A stretch of 64,000 bases of DNA from a virus (Duplodnaviria > Heunggongvirae > Uroviricota > Caudoviricetes > Straboviridae): IMG/VR virus record IMGVR_UViG_2974557979_000001, one strand, 5' to 3'. A program made the position numbers and the translations under genes. Of the stretch, positions 1 to 8,176 are shown piece after piece. Every line of letters begins with the position of its first letter. The first letter of the stretch is position 1. Under the pieces are notes generated by a model, which had not been told where the DNA came from, ran no database searches, and saw nothing but the letters and a program-made list of their open reading frames with translations.

Positions 1-2
1 AG

Positions 3-224
3 GTGAATCCGGTGAATGTGAAATGGAAAGTGGTTGCAGAAGTCCGAGAGATTGACGGTAAAAAATACCTTGTAATGCCCTATGACGGAAATCCTTATGT
101 TGCATTATCATATCCAGATTCATTGATTTTTCGTAGCTGGATGAATGACGTTAAAAGACAAAAGGATCAAACCGATAATGTTCTGTGTACGTTGGGATAC
201 CCTGAGAAATGCAAATCAAAATAA
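3..224 (+). CDS. hypothetical protein (possibly 5' partial at window edge)
   Basis: ORF reaches the window edge; no motif recognised; sits upstream of pseT as pseT.x genes do in T4. Confidence 0.4.
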   Translation: MNPVNVKWKVVAEVREIDGKKYLVMPYDGNPYVALSYPDSLIFRSWMNDVKRQKDQTDNVLCTLGYPEKCKSK

Positions 225-382
225 CCAAAACATTTTTTCGTGACATAACAGAAGGAAAAGTTTATACTGCGAAAAAGGATAAAGAAGGTCTATGGATAGA
301 AAACGATTGGAATCGTGATATATGGCTCAATCTGACGAATGAGTATAACAAAGAACTAATTGAATATGAGATAGTGAAATGA
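209..382 (+). CDS. small hypothetical protein (57 aa)
   Basis: ATG at 209; its stop overlaps the pseT start as ATGA; not in the ORF track because it is under 60 aa. Confidence 0.25.
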   Translation: MQIKITKTFFRDITEGKVYTAKKDKEGLWIENDWNRDIWLNLTNEYNKELIEYEIVK

Positions 383-1263
383 ATCTGTTTATGACTATTG
401 GCGTTCCGGGTAGTGGAAAAACTACCTGGGCGCATGAGAAAGCCCGTGAATTGGGTAATACTGTTACGATATCTCGCGATGATCTGCGTAGCTCTTTGTA
501 TAATGCTGGTAAGGGTGCTGGCGGATACAAATACACCAAAGCTAAAGAAGAAATGATTGCGGAAATGCAGGATCACGTTGTTATCTCCACTCTGAAAGAT
601 GGTAAAAACGTGATCATACACAACACGCATCTGAAAGAAAGTGATAAAAATCACTGGCGTGAAATTGCGTTGGAACACAAAGCTGATTTTCATATTGAAT
701 ATTTTGATGTGTCTATTGTTGAACTGCTTCGCCGTAACCACAAACGCGGTCGTGATGCATTACCCGTTTCGCGTCTTTGGGAAATGTTTAACCAGTATCG
801 TAAGATCCGTGGGTTCGTACCAGCAATGGAAATTGTTAATCCCCACAATCAGAAGTGTGTGATCTTTGATGTCGATGGTACTCTAACCAAAGTGGGACAA
901 CGTAGCCCGTATGACTTTACCAAAGTGATCAATGATCCGCCAAATATCCCGATCCAGCAACTGTTTCACCTGTACAAAAATGCAGGGTATAAGTGTGTTG
1001 TTGTGTCTGGGCGTGAAGGTAATCCGCAATGCGCACATGATACATGGGTTAGCCTGTTGAGTTATGGCGTTGAACCGGATGAAATTTTTATGCGTCAAGA
1101 AGGTGATACCAGGACAGATTTTGAAGTAAAAGAAGAAATTTTGTTTGACAAGATTTTAGATAAGTATTATCCTGTTATTGCAGTGGACGATAGAGACACT
1201 CCGGTCGGAATGTGGCGAGCAAACGGGATTCCGTGCTTACAAGTCGATTATGGTGATTTCTGA
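379..1263 (+). CDS. pseT: polynucleotide 5'-kinase/3'-phosphatase (PseT/Pnk)
   Basis: N-terminal P-loop GVPGSGKTT; C-terminal HAD phosphatase motif DVDGTL...VVSGRE...DDR; collinear with T4 Pnk as I recall it. Confidence 0.92.
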   Translation: MNLFMTIGVPGSGKTTWAHEKARELGNTVTISRDDLRSSLYNAGKGAGGYKYTKAKEEMIAEMQDHVVISTLKDGKNVIIHNTHLKESDKNHWREIALEHKADFHIEYFDVSIVELLRRNHKRGRDALPVSRLWEMFNQYRKIRGFVPAMEIVNPHNQKCVIFDVDGTLTKVGQRSPYDFTKVINDPPNIPIQQLFHLYKNAGYKCVVVSGREGNPQCAHDTWVSLLSYGVEPDEIFMRQEGDTRTDFEVKEEILFDKILDKYYPVIAVDDRDTPVGMWRANGIPCLQVDYGDF

Positions 1264-1315
1264 TTGACATATAATGTGGGTATGTTAAAGTACCCACACA
1301 AAAGAGGATTATATT

Positions 1316-1603
1316 ATGAACGTTATTCGTGAAGATAAACACATCATGGTTGAACTTGGCGATCGCATTCGCGTAGAAAATCTGGGCGATTTTAACCAAA
1401 AAGTTCGTTTGTTGTGCCAAAAAATTGCTAACAAAATTCAGGAACAGGGTAAAGCTCCGGGCGGGTTTGAAGTTAGCGCCACTCCGGTTTCTCAGTACTC
1501 CTATATTGTGTATATTCATGACGTGGATACTAACAGCACCCAATCTTTCGGGCTGGTGTTAAATCCTATTACTGGCTACGTTACATGGGCGGCTGTATTA
1601 TGA
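1316..1603 (+). CDS. hypothetical protein
   Basis: ORF with RBS (AGAGGA) after a TTGACA/TATAAT-like promoter. Confidence 0.5.
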   Translation: MNVIREDKHIMVELGDRIRVENLGDFNQKVRLLCQKIANKIQEQGKAPGGFEVSATPVSQYSYIVYIHDVDTNSTQSFGLVLNPITGYVTWAAVL

Positions 1604-1851
1604 ACGTAAAAATTATTGATAGAGCGGTAATTACGGACGAATCTGTATACCCGGATCCTCGTTATTATGGCGGTGTTTTCGGATACATCAAAGGAACTGA
1701 TATTGATGTAGTAACAAGTCCGATTGCAGAATATGATATCAACAAAAATCAGACAGAAGTTCGCGTTACTACAATCAACGGTTCAGAATATATCGTTGAA
1801 GCGACTCCTGATTTTATCAAACAGCTACTAAAGGTGATGAAAGATGCTTGA
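1585..1851 (+). CDS. hypothetical protein
   Basis: ORF overlapping the stop of the upstream gene. Confidence 0.45.
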   Translation: MGGCIMNVKIIDRAVITDESVYPDPRYYGGVFGYIKGTDIDVVTSPIAEYDINKNQTEVRVTTINGSEYIVEATPDFIKQLLKVMKDA

Positions 1852-2128
1852 TCATCCTGGCTCTATGAGTATGGTGCTCCTGGAAGCATTAAAAGCATAT
1901 GATATCCCTTGTCATTTCGGTGAAGTAACTGTTAATACTATCATTGACGAAATCGACAACCCAAATACTTTCATTGCTTGTCTTGTTCGAAAATTTACAA
2001 GTTGTTTTCGACCGAGTCCAGAAAAAGTAGTAATCAGTTCTGTTTCTGCTCATCATCGAGTGTTAGATGATGGAAAGATTCAACTTTACTGGAAAGTTCT
2101 TTATCACGTGGTGTATCATGAAGATTGA
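1844..2128 (+). CDS. hypothetical protein
   Basis: ORF; overlaps the cd start. Confidence 0.45.
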   Translation: MLDHPGSMSMVLLEALKAYDIPCHFGEVTVNTIIDEIDNPNTFIACLVRKFTSCFRPSPEKVVISSVSAHHRVLDDGKIQLYWKVLYHVVYHED

Positions 2129-2624
2129 TGATATTATGTTTATGCTTAGAGCAATAAGCGCTTCTAAGTTCTCTCAATGTGTCTCTGTTAATGTCGGTGC
2201 TGCATTGAGAAATGGTAACGGGCGTGTGTTTGTAGGCGCAAATAATACGGTTGATCCTAGTCATCGTTGTACAGATCAGTGCAATCACTTATTAGATGAT
2301 AACGGGAAACTGAGTGAAGAAAAGCGCCCTGAACATTCACAATGGTCAGATCGCAACGAAGTACACGCAGAAATGCGCGTTATTATGCTGGCGGCGTCTC
2401 ATGAACAAATCAAAGACGCAACTTTGTATACAACTCATTCCCCTTGCTCACAATGTGCGAAAAATATCGAATTTTGTGTTGCAACAGGTATGATTAAGCG
2501 TGTAGTATATCTACATAAATACGATCGTGGTGGCATCGAGTGGATATGGCGTCTACAGCAATACGGTGCCGAAGTAGTACAACTTGACCCAGAAGAAATG
2601 AATAAACATTTCCGGATCAAATAA
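2118..2624 (+). CDS. cd: dCMP deaminase
   Basis: Zinc-binding motifs HAEMRVI and SPCSQCAK of the cytidine/dCMP deaminase family; start moved to the internal Met (MKIDDIM) by comparison with T4 Cd. Confidence 0.88.
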   Translation: MKIDDIMFMLRAISASKFSQCVSVNVGAALRNGNGRVFVGANNTVDPSHRCTDQCNHLLDDNGKLSEEKRPEHSQWSDRNEVHAEMRVIMLAASHEQIKDATLYTTHSPCSQCAKNIEFCVATGMIKRVVYLHKYDRGGIEWIWRLQQYGAEVVQLDPEEMNKHFRIK

Positions 2625-2627
2625 CAA

Positions 2628-2981
2628 ATGAGTAAATGTATGTCTGAACTGAGTGTAAAAGCATCCTTTGAATATGTTTTGATTGAAACCAACGCTAAAG
2701 CGGCTGGAACTGAAATTGTATCACCTTCTGGTATTGTGACTGGTGTTCGTCAACACGGCGAGGAACCGATCTACGGCACAGTGTTATCATGTGGGCCGGA
2801 TGTACCGGAAGAATATAAAACCCTGCTTATGGGTAAGCGCGTACCGCTTCCTCATGCACAAATGGCAAACGTGCCGGATCCTGAACTGATTGCAGGAAAG
2901 GCAACAAAAGAAGAAGCTCGCAAGTATCCGGTTAAATATGTAACCGCACACTATAAAGCGATTCAAGCAATTTACGAATAA
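2628..2981 (+). CDS. 31: GroES-like co-chaperonin gp31
   Basis: C-terminus KYVTAHYKAIQAIYE resembles T4 gp31 (KFVTCHYKAIPCLYK); about 115 aa with a mobile-loop region. Confidence 0.78.
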   Translation: MSKCMSELSVKASFEYVLIETNAKAAGTEIVSPSGIVTGVRQHGEEPIYGTVLSCGPDVPEEYKTLLMGKRVPLPHAQMANVPDPELIAGKATKEEARKYPVKYVTAHYKAIQAIYE

Positions 2982-2991
2982 GAGATCCAAC

Positions 2992-3243
2992 ATGGCTAAA
3001 CAAATTCAAGCAATCATCGCCGATACCGTCGCAAAATCTAAAAAACTTTTCGACAAAGGCGACATCCTCGAAGCACCGACCCGCATCGATGTAATGACTT
3101 CAATGATCATTGATGCTCACCAGGGAAAACTAAATTCCCGTGCTTCGGAAGTAATGGAATACATCGTACAGTTCGAGGATGTATGCAAATACGCCAAAGC
3201 TGTTGATCCGGCTGTTCGCGAAATCTACCGCAAACAGTTCTAA
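2992..3243 (+). CDS. hypothetical protein (in the rIII position next to gene 31)
   Basis: 83 aa ORF with RBS; in T4 the 82 aa rIII sits here; sequence identity not verifiable. Confidence 0.45.
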   Translation: MAKQIQAIIADTVAKSKKLFDKGDILEAPTRIDVMTSMIIDAHQGKLNSRASEVMEYIVQFEDVCKYAKAVDPAVREIYRKQF

Positions 3244-3250
3244 AAATATC

Positions 3251-3327
3251 GGCCCCTTAGCTCAATAGGTAGAGCTAATCACTCATAATGGTTAGGTTCC
3301 CGGTTCAAGTCACGGGAGGGGCCACCA
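3251..3327 (+). tRNA. tRNA with anticodon CAU (Met or lysidine-Ile)
   Basis: Cloverleaf: acceptor GGCCCCT/AGGGGCC, D arm GCTC/GAGC, anticodon stem AATCA/TGGTT, loop CTCATAA, T loop TTCAAGT, ends CCA; the T stem needs one bulged A. Confidence 0.7.
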
Positions 3328-3332
3328 AACAA

Positions 3333-3409
3333 GGCAAGGCACTTAGAGAAGCGGGAGGAACAGAATCTGATTCTGTTGGTTGTAGGTGCAAATCCTACCC
3401 TTGCCACCA
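3333..3409 (+). tRNA. tRNA-Gln-like (anticodon CUG)
   Basis: Acceptor GGCAAGG/CCTTGCC, anticodon stem ACAGA/TCTGT, loop ATCTGAT, T arm GTAGG-TGCAAAT-CCTAC, ends CCA; the D stem is weak (3 bp). Confidence 0.6.
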
Positions 3410-3558
3410 AATTAGGGTGCGTAGCGCAATGCCGTTAAATGGTTCGGAATATGCAACCTTTCTCACGGAGAAGGCTCTGTTGGTATCCGGTAATAGGTTC
3501 CCCGGAATGCGGGGTGAAGTAAAGAAACTCCCAGCCCACTAATTTTAATGAGGTTTAT

Positions 3559-3840
3559 ATGAAATTTCGTGAAACTGTGAAATACCATAACGCGGTCGAA
3601 TATACACAGATTTTTGTTGATATGTCTCCCGCAAAATTCAAAGAACGTTATGGCATGACATTTAATGAATGGAAAGATGGATTGCCCGATGGGGACTACC
3701 GAAAAAACTTCAAATTCAATGAATGTTATGTGGATGATGATCCTTACGATCTGGATATTTTTGGTAAAACAACGCCTCTCATTGAGAATTCGCCAGAACA
3801 GCTTTACGAATCTTGTATTGACTCTGCATACGAAATTTAA
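3559..3840 (+). CDS. hypothetical protein
   Basis: ORF with RBS GAGG. Confidence 0.5.
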   Translation: MKFRETVKYHNAVEYTQIFVDMSPAKFKERYGMTFNEWKDGLPDGDYRKNFKFNECYVDDDPYDLDIFGKTTPLIENSPEQLYESCIDSAYEI

Positions 3841-3849
3841 AGAGATAAC

Positions 3850-4272
3850 ATGAAAAATTTACAAAAACTGTTTGAAATGTCTCCGGCAATTAGAAAAATC
3901 ATCGGAGAAAATAGCAATCCAACGAATCGCAATAAAAAATTGATGGAACTTTTTGTAAAAGAGTTCGATGATTTTGATTCTGAACTTCATAAAGCGCTTG
4001 AGGCATATTCTAAACAAGGGTTCTTTGCATCGCCGCAAGTAAATAGCAAGAAAGAGTATAGCGAACGATTCTTTGATTGGGAGATTGTCAATCTCGTTCG
4101 TAGAACAAATATATCTCCTAGCAATCACCAATTGATTTCTCTTGATACTTCGGTATTCTTTATCCAGTATCTTATCAGCGGTGGTTTCAAAAATCCTGAA
4201 ATTCCGTTTACAAATGAAGCGGTTAGCAGTGAATTTGATGAATCATTTGTATACATCAACACAAACAAATAA
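3850..4272 (+). CDS. hypothetical protein
   Basis: ORF; followed by the terminator hairpin GGCTATCTTCGGATAGCC. Confidence 0.5.
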   Translation: MKNLQKLFEMSPAIRKIIGENSNPTNRNKKLMELFVKEFDDFDSELHKALEAYSKQGFFASPQVNSKKEYSERFFDWEIVNLVRRTNISPSNHQLISLDTSVFFIQYLISGGFKNPEIPFTNEAVSSEFDESFVYINTNK

Positions 4273-4307
4273 TCAAATGGCTATCTTCGGATAGCCTTAT
4301 TTTTGGG

Positions 4308-4880
4308 GTGTCTATGCGCTTTTTAAAGTATGCAAGTTGGATCGTACTCGTCCCTCTTGACATTATTACTGGAGTATTAGCAATTCTGTTTGCCCCGTTT
4401 GTTGTACCGTTCTACAACGAGAAAACAGGGCATCTTCCTAAAGGCTTCCGGTGGATGGAAACCTTCGATAACCCTATTGATGGTGATGGTGGACATATCC
4501 GCCGTTGGGCGTCTATACGCTATCATCTGGGGGGTTTTGGGGTATACATGCAGCGTGTTGGCTGGTTGTGGAGAAACAAGGCTTATAACTTCGCATATCA
4601 CGTTTTAGGACGTGAAGCGACAAGCAAATTCAACTGGAAAGGCAACCCAAAAACAGAAGGTGGGCCAAACCCCGTAAATCATGGATATCTGCTCATGTGG
4701 AATGAATCAGCATGGGGGTTGTATGTCTATAAACCGTGGCTACGGATCCACAAGGTGCAATTCTGTTTGCGCGTTTATGCTGGATGGAAGCTGAAACAAG
4801 AAGTTAGCGACCCTGTTAACCTGGATCGCGCAATGCTGGCGTTTCATTTCAATCCATTCAGGTATTATGTAATCAAGTAA
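4308..4880 (+). CDS. hypothetical membrane protein
   Basis: N-terminal hydrophobic segment [25 protein letters not shown]. Confidence 0.5.
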   Translation: MSMRFLKYASWIVLVPLDIITGVLAILFAPFVVPFYNEKTGHLPKGFRWMETFDNPIDGDGGHIRRWASIRYHLGGFGVYMQRVGWLWRNKAYNFAYHVLGREATSKFNWKGNPKTEGGPNPVNHGYLLMWNESAWGLYVYKPWLRIHKVQFCLRVYAGWKLKQEVSDPVNLDRAMLAFHFNPFRYYVIK

Positions 4881-4890
4881 AGGTAATACA

Positions 4891-5253
4891 ATGAAAGCAT
4901 TTCAAATTTTAGAAGGTTTGCATACGGGTACAATCTATCTGGAAGAAGGTAACGACGTTCGGATCGTAGTATCAAAAACATTAACTATGGATTCTGTGAT
5001 CGGTAAAGCTCGCGTTACTCCGTTTGCAAAGCGAGAGATCGAGATCGAATATCAGCCAACTGTTAAAGTGGAAGGTGGACAACATCTAAACGTTAACGTG
5101 TTGCGCCGCGAAACTCTCCTGGATGCTGTTGAACATCCTGAAAAATATCCGCAGTTAACGATCCGTGTTTCTGGTTATGCAGTGCGTTTTAACTCACTGA
5201 CCCCTGAACAGCAACGCGACGTTATCGCCCGAACCTTTACAGAGAGTCTATAA
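4891..5253 (+). CDS. grcA: autonomous glycyl radical cofactor (GrcA/YfiD-like)
   Basis: C-terminus [61 protein letters not shown] matches the E. coli GrcA glycine-radical domain almost exactly; T4 is known to carry a YfiD homolog. Confidence 0.85.
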   Translation: MKAFQILEGLHTGTIYLEEGNDVRIVVSKTLTMDSVIGKARVTPFAKREIEIEYQPTVKVEGGQHLNVNVLRRETLLDAVEHPEKYPQLTIRVSGYAVRFNSLTPEQQRDVIARTFTESL

Positions 5254-5522
5254 TGGCAATTGATGATATCAAGGGTTATAAACCCCATACTGATAAAAAA
5301 GTAGAAACGGTAAACCGTATCAAAGATGCTGAAAATGCATTAGGTGCAATCCTGGAAGATATCGAACAGCGACTATCAAATTCAGATATTGATTCACTGA
5401 TAGAGGAAGAATTAGATGAGGTGCTTGAACGTATCCATCAAATTCAACTAGCGAAAGACCGACTGAAAGAAGCCTCTATGTGGGCGTGTCGTGCGGTGTT
5501 TCAGCCTGACGAAAAGTATTAA
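5253..5522 (+). CDS. hypothetical protein
   Basis: ORF overlapping the upstream stop (ATGA). Confidence 0.45.
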   Translation: MAIDDIKGYKPHTDKKVETVNRIKDAENALGAILEDIEQRLSNSDIDSLIEEELDEVLERIHQIQLAKDRLKEASMWACRAVFQPDEKY

Positions 5523-5527
5523 AAATC

Positions 5528-5556
5528 AAGCCGTTGCCGAAAGGTAGCGGCTTTTT
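5528..5556 (+). terminator. rho-independent terminator
   Basis: AAGCCG...CGGCTT stem followed by a T-run. Confidence 0.6.
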
Positions 5557-5577
5557 TCGTTTTTACATAAAAAGTTG

Positions 5578-5606
5578 TTGACTCCCTTCGCACATTCCCT
5601 TATAGT
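5578..5606 (+). promoter_or_regulatory. sigma70-type early promoter
   Basis: TTGACT, 17 bp spacer, TATAGT. Confidence 0.6.
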
Positions 5607-5647
5607 TAATCCCGTAGACAAGAAAACACTTTTATGAGGATGACATT

Positions 5648-5941
5648 ATGAAACGCTCTTACAACATGAATGAACTGGTTTTCTTCAAAACTCGTCGTGA
5701 AGCACGTGCTTACGTTCTGGCGGCTGGTAAAAATACTTCTGCTGCTATCGATATGGGTACTGATAAAGCTGTTGGTGCTCGTTGGGCCGCTGTTATCGTT
5801 ATCGCTGCTCCGGTTACTCCGGTTAAAACTCTGGTACTTGGTGCGCGTCACGCCGAAACTCTTAACACCGCTGCAAGCGGTAGGGGCCACGAAGTTAAAG
5901 TGTTCAAGAAGCGTTCTTATCTTTCATGTGCAAGGGGTTAA
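5648..5941 (+). CDS. hypothetical small basic Ala-rich protein, probably highly expressed
   Basis: RBS GAGGA; codon usage dominated by GCT/GGT/CGT/ACT/CTG/GTT, as in highly expressed enterobacterial genes; a strong promoter lies immediately upstream. Confidence 0.55.
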   Translation: MKRSYNMNELVFFKTRREARAYVLAAGKNTSAAIDMGTDKAVGARWAAVIVIAAPVTPVKTLVLGARHAETLNTAASGRGHEVKVFKKRSYLSCARG

Positions 5942-6183
5942 CTATGGCACGATTCATATATAAAGTGGAATACGAAAATACTGAGTTATCTGATACCTTT
6001 TTGAAGATGATTCGTGATCACGGGCAACGTCTGGAAAGAGTAACGATTGATACTGCTTTTGATTGTCCTGTTGGGTTGGTTCTGACATTATCTTGCAGCC
6101 CCGCAAAAGAATCAGCCCGTGTAGAAATGTTACATAAACTAAATGCATTTTATGAAGGTGGTAGTGTATGGCGAGTATTGTAA
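5926..6183 (+). CDS. hypothetical protein
   Basis: ORF overlapping the upstream stop. Confidence 0.4.
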   Translation: MCKGLTMARFIYKVEYENTELSDTFLKMIRDHGQRLERVTIDTAFDCPVGLVLTLSCSPAKESARVEMLHKLNAFYEGGSVWRVL

Positions 6184-6405
6184 AATTTTTCACCGACTCA
6201 GTGAAAGAAATTAAAAGCGCTCTGGAACAATGGAACACTCGCTGTGATGTATCCATTAAATCAGAGTACGAAACAACTTATGATCGTTATGATCCGGCCC
6301 GTGGTTTGCACAATAACCCCCATGAGGTGGAAGTGTGATTGATATCGAAACAAATAACGTGATTCTTGTCATAGTATCTTTTATGTTGGGATACTGGGCC
6401 GCATC

Positions 6406-6558
6406 ATGAAATACTACGGATTCAAAACGAGTCATTTTGGTAAAGCGTATCGCACAGAAAACATCGATCGCAAACGTCCGTACTATGATTCGTTAGTACG
6501 AGCGGGACGTAAACGCGCTCGCCAGGAAGGGAAGAAAGAGGGTGAAGATCGTGGATAA
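6406..6558 (+). CDS. small basic hypothetical protein (50 aa)
   Basis: ATG ORF under the track cutoff; Arg/Lys-rich. Confidence 0.3.
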   Translation: MKYYGFKTSHFGKAYRTENIDRKRPYYDSLVRAGRKRARQEGKKEGEDRG

Positions 6559-6641
6559 CTGGAAAACATGGATATCAATTATCGTTGGTGTTATCATCGG
6601 ACGCGGTTTGTATGATTTAATCTTTTCAATAGGGGTTAACT

Positions 6642-7082
6642 ATGGACATTGGTTCGGGTAGTCAGTACCCATCATGCGCGTTAAGCAACTTCGCTCCGCA
6701 TCCGTTTACGTTTGACGGGGTAGAATGTGCATCAATGGAGGGCTTTTTGCAAAGCCTGAAATTTAGCAACCCAGATATGCAAGCCCATGTATGTACTCTG
6801 GTAGGCAAGGCCGCAAAGTTCAAAGGCAAAAAGAAAAAATGGTGGACTAACCAGACCTTATACTGGAAAGGTATCCCTATTCATCGTTCCTCTGAGGCGT
6901 ATCAAATCCTGATTGAAAACGCATATAATGCGTTATTCCTTAATGAAGGGTTTCGCCGTGCGCTGGCAGCAACCGGAAAAAGTACCTTGACACATTCAAT
7001 GGGAAAGAATAAAATAAATGAAACTGTACTGACTGAAAGAGAGTTTGTACGCAACTTAACCCGATTGAGAGATCTGTTATGA
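6642..7082 (+). CDS. NADAR (YbiA-like) domain protein, candidate ADP-ribose N-glycosidase
   Basis: LSNFAPHPFTFDGVECASMEGFLQSLKF matches the NADAR/DUF1768 N-terminal signature (SNF...F..DG....ScEhYFQAQKF). Confidence 0.72.
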   Translation: MDIGSGSQYPSCALSNFAPHPFTFDGVECASMEGFLQSLKFSNPDMQAHVCTLVGKAAKFKGKKKKWWTNQTLYWKGIPIHRSSEAYQILIENAYNALFLNEGFRRALAATGKSTLTHSMGKNKINETVLTEREFVRNLTRLRDLL

Positions 7083-7342
7083 GTGAAAAAGAAAGAGTAG
7101 AATGCGTGTTTCTGTTCAAAGGCGCGATTAATCCATTAGCGTTACTGTATGCGCAACATGCATTACGTTCAACGTTGATTCAGAGTGTTATCTATAAAGC
7201 AGGTGTGTATTATGTTACCATCGGCGCAAATAACATGGTTGTTATTGAATCCTACGTTAAGGAATGTGCATTAAACGGCGTTGTCTTTGATAAAGTCGAT
7301 TTTGATGCTGGGGTAGATGCTGTTTATATGTATAAGGGTTGA
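7079..7342 (+). CDS. hypothetical protein
   Basis: ORF overlapping the upstream stop. Confidence 0.4.
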   Translation: MSEKERVECVFLFKGAINPLALLYAQHALRSTLIQSVIYKAGVYYVTIGANNMVVIESYVKECALNGVVFDKVDFDAGVDAVYMYKG

Positions 7343-7343
7343 T

Positions 7344-7565
7344 ATGAGTTACGTAGTTTATTTTGATTGTTCGGATCTCGATCCGTTCGTTCTTCAACAG
7401 GCAAAGAAATATCATCAGGATGTCGTTGGCATTGGTGTAACAAATGATGATATGTTGTGCATCGAATTTGAATATTATCGGACATTTGAGCGTGATTATT
7501 TCCTGGGTGAATTGAACGCATTCAAAAGTACCCTTTTCTTTGATCGTTATGAGGTTATATCTTGA
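7344..7565 (+). CDS. hypothetical protein
   Basis: Internal Met chosen (MSYVVYFD). Confidence 0.4.
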   Translation: MSYVVYFDCSDLDPFVLQQAKKYHQDVVGIGVTNDDMLCIEFEYYRTFERDYFLGELNAFKSTLFFDRYEVIS

Positions 7566-8176
7566 AACCTGTTATTCTTACCGATATTGACGGGATCGCC
7601 GTAAAATGGCAAAGCGGCCTCCCGTTCTTTTTGTCTAAGCACAACATGCCTACTGATATTGCATTAGAAATGGTTACAGATGAAAAATTTCGTGATATGA
7701 CCGAAATCTTCGGATGTGATCAGCAGTTGGCTAAAATCCTTATGGAAGAATACAATAACAGTTCTTTCATTCGTTATCTGAATGCGTATGATGATGCATT
7801 GATTGTGATCAACCGTCTGAAAACGCAGTATGATTTCGTTGCCGTTACCGCTCTGGGAACAACACCAACGGCAAGCCTTAACCGAATTGCTAACCTGAAT
7901 ACTCTTTTCCCGTCTGCGTTTAAAGAGGTGATGGTCGTGGGCCACGGTGAAACAAAAACTCATCGTTACCTGGAAGCAAAAGCAAAGTATGGTAATCGTC
8001 TGGTTTGCTTTGTTGATGATCTCGCGATAAACTTAAACGAATGTCATAACGTCATTAGTCAATTGCCGTTATTCCATATGTTACGTGGTGAACGTGAAGA
8101 AACAAATGCACCTCACCAGTTAGTAAAATCGTGGTTTGAAATTGAAGAGAAACTAAATGATCTTGTCAATCCTTAA
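7562..8176 (+). CDS. HAD-like hydrolase (putative)
   Basis: N-terminal ILTDIDGIAV resembles HAD motif I (DxDx[TV]); TTG start overlapping the upstream stop. Confidence 0.45.
   Translation: MKPVILTDIDGIAVKWQSGLPFFLSKHNMPTDIALEMVTDEKFRDMTEIFGCDQQLAKILMEEYNNSSFIRYLNAYDDALIVINRLKTQYDFVAVTALGTTPTASLNRIANLNTLFPSAFKEVMVVGHGETKTHRYLEAKAKYGNRLVCFVDDLAINLNECHNVISQLPLFHMLRGEREETNAPHQLVKSWFEIEEKLNDLVNP

Noticed and set aside
2067-2117. Upstream extension of cd (MMERFNFTGKFF...)
   Set aside because: The extension overlaps the preceding ORF and has no counterpart in T4 Cd. The internal Met aligns with known dCMP deaminase N-termini.
3288-3542. 84 aa plus-strand ORF in the track
   Set aside because: It lies entirely over the two tRNA genes and the structured non-coding region, has no RBS, and is a translation of RNA-gene sequence.
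5670-5963. Leu-rich alt-frame ORF and antisense ORF at 5606..5890 overlapping the 5648..5941 gene
   Set aside because: The poly-Leu and Ser/Thr-rich low-complexity translations are artefacts of the GCT/GGT/CTG codon periodicity of the real frame. Only the 5648 frame has a promoter and RBS.
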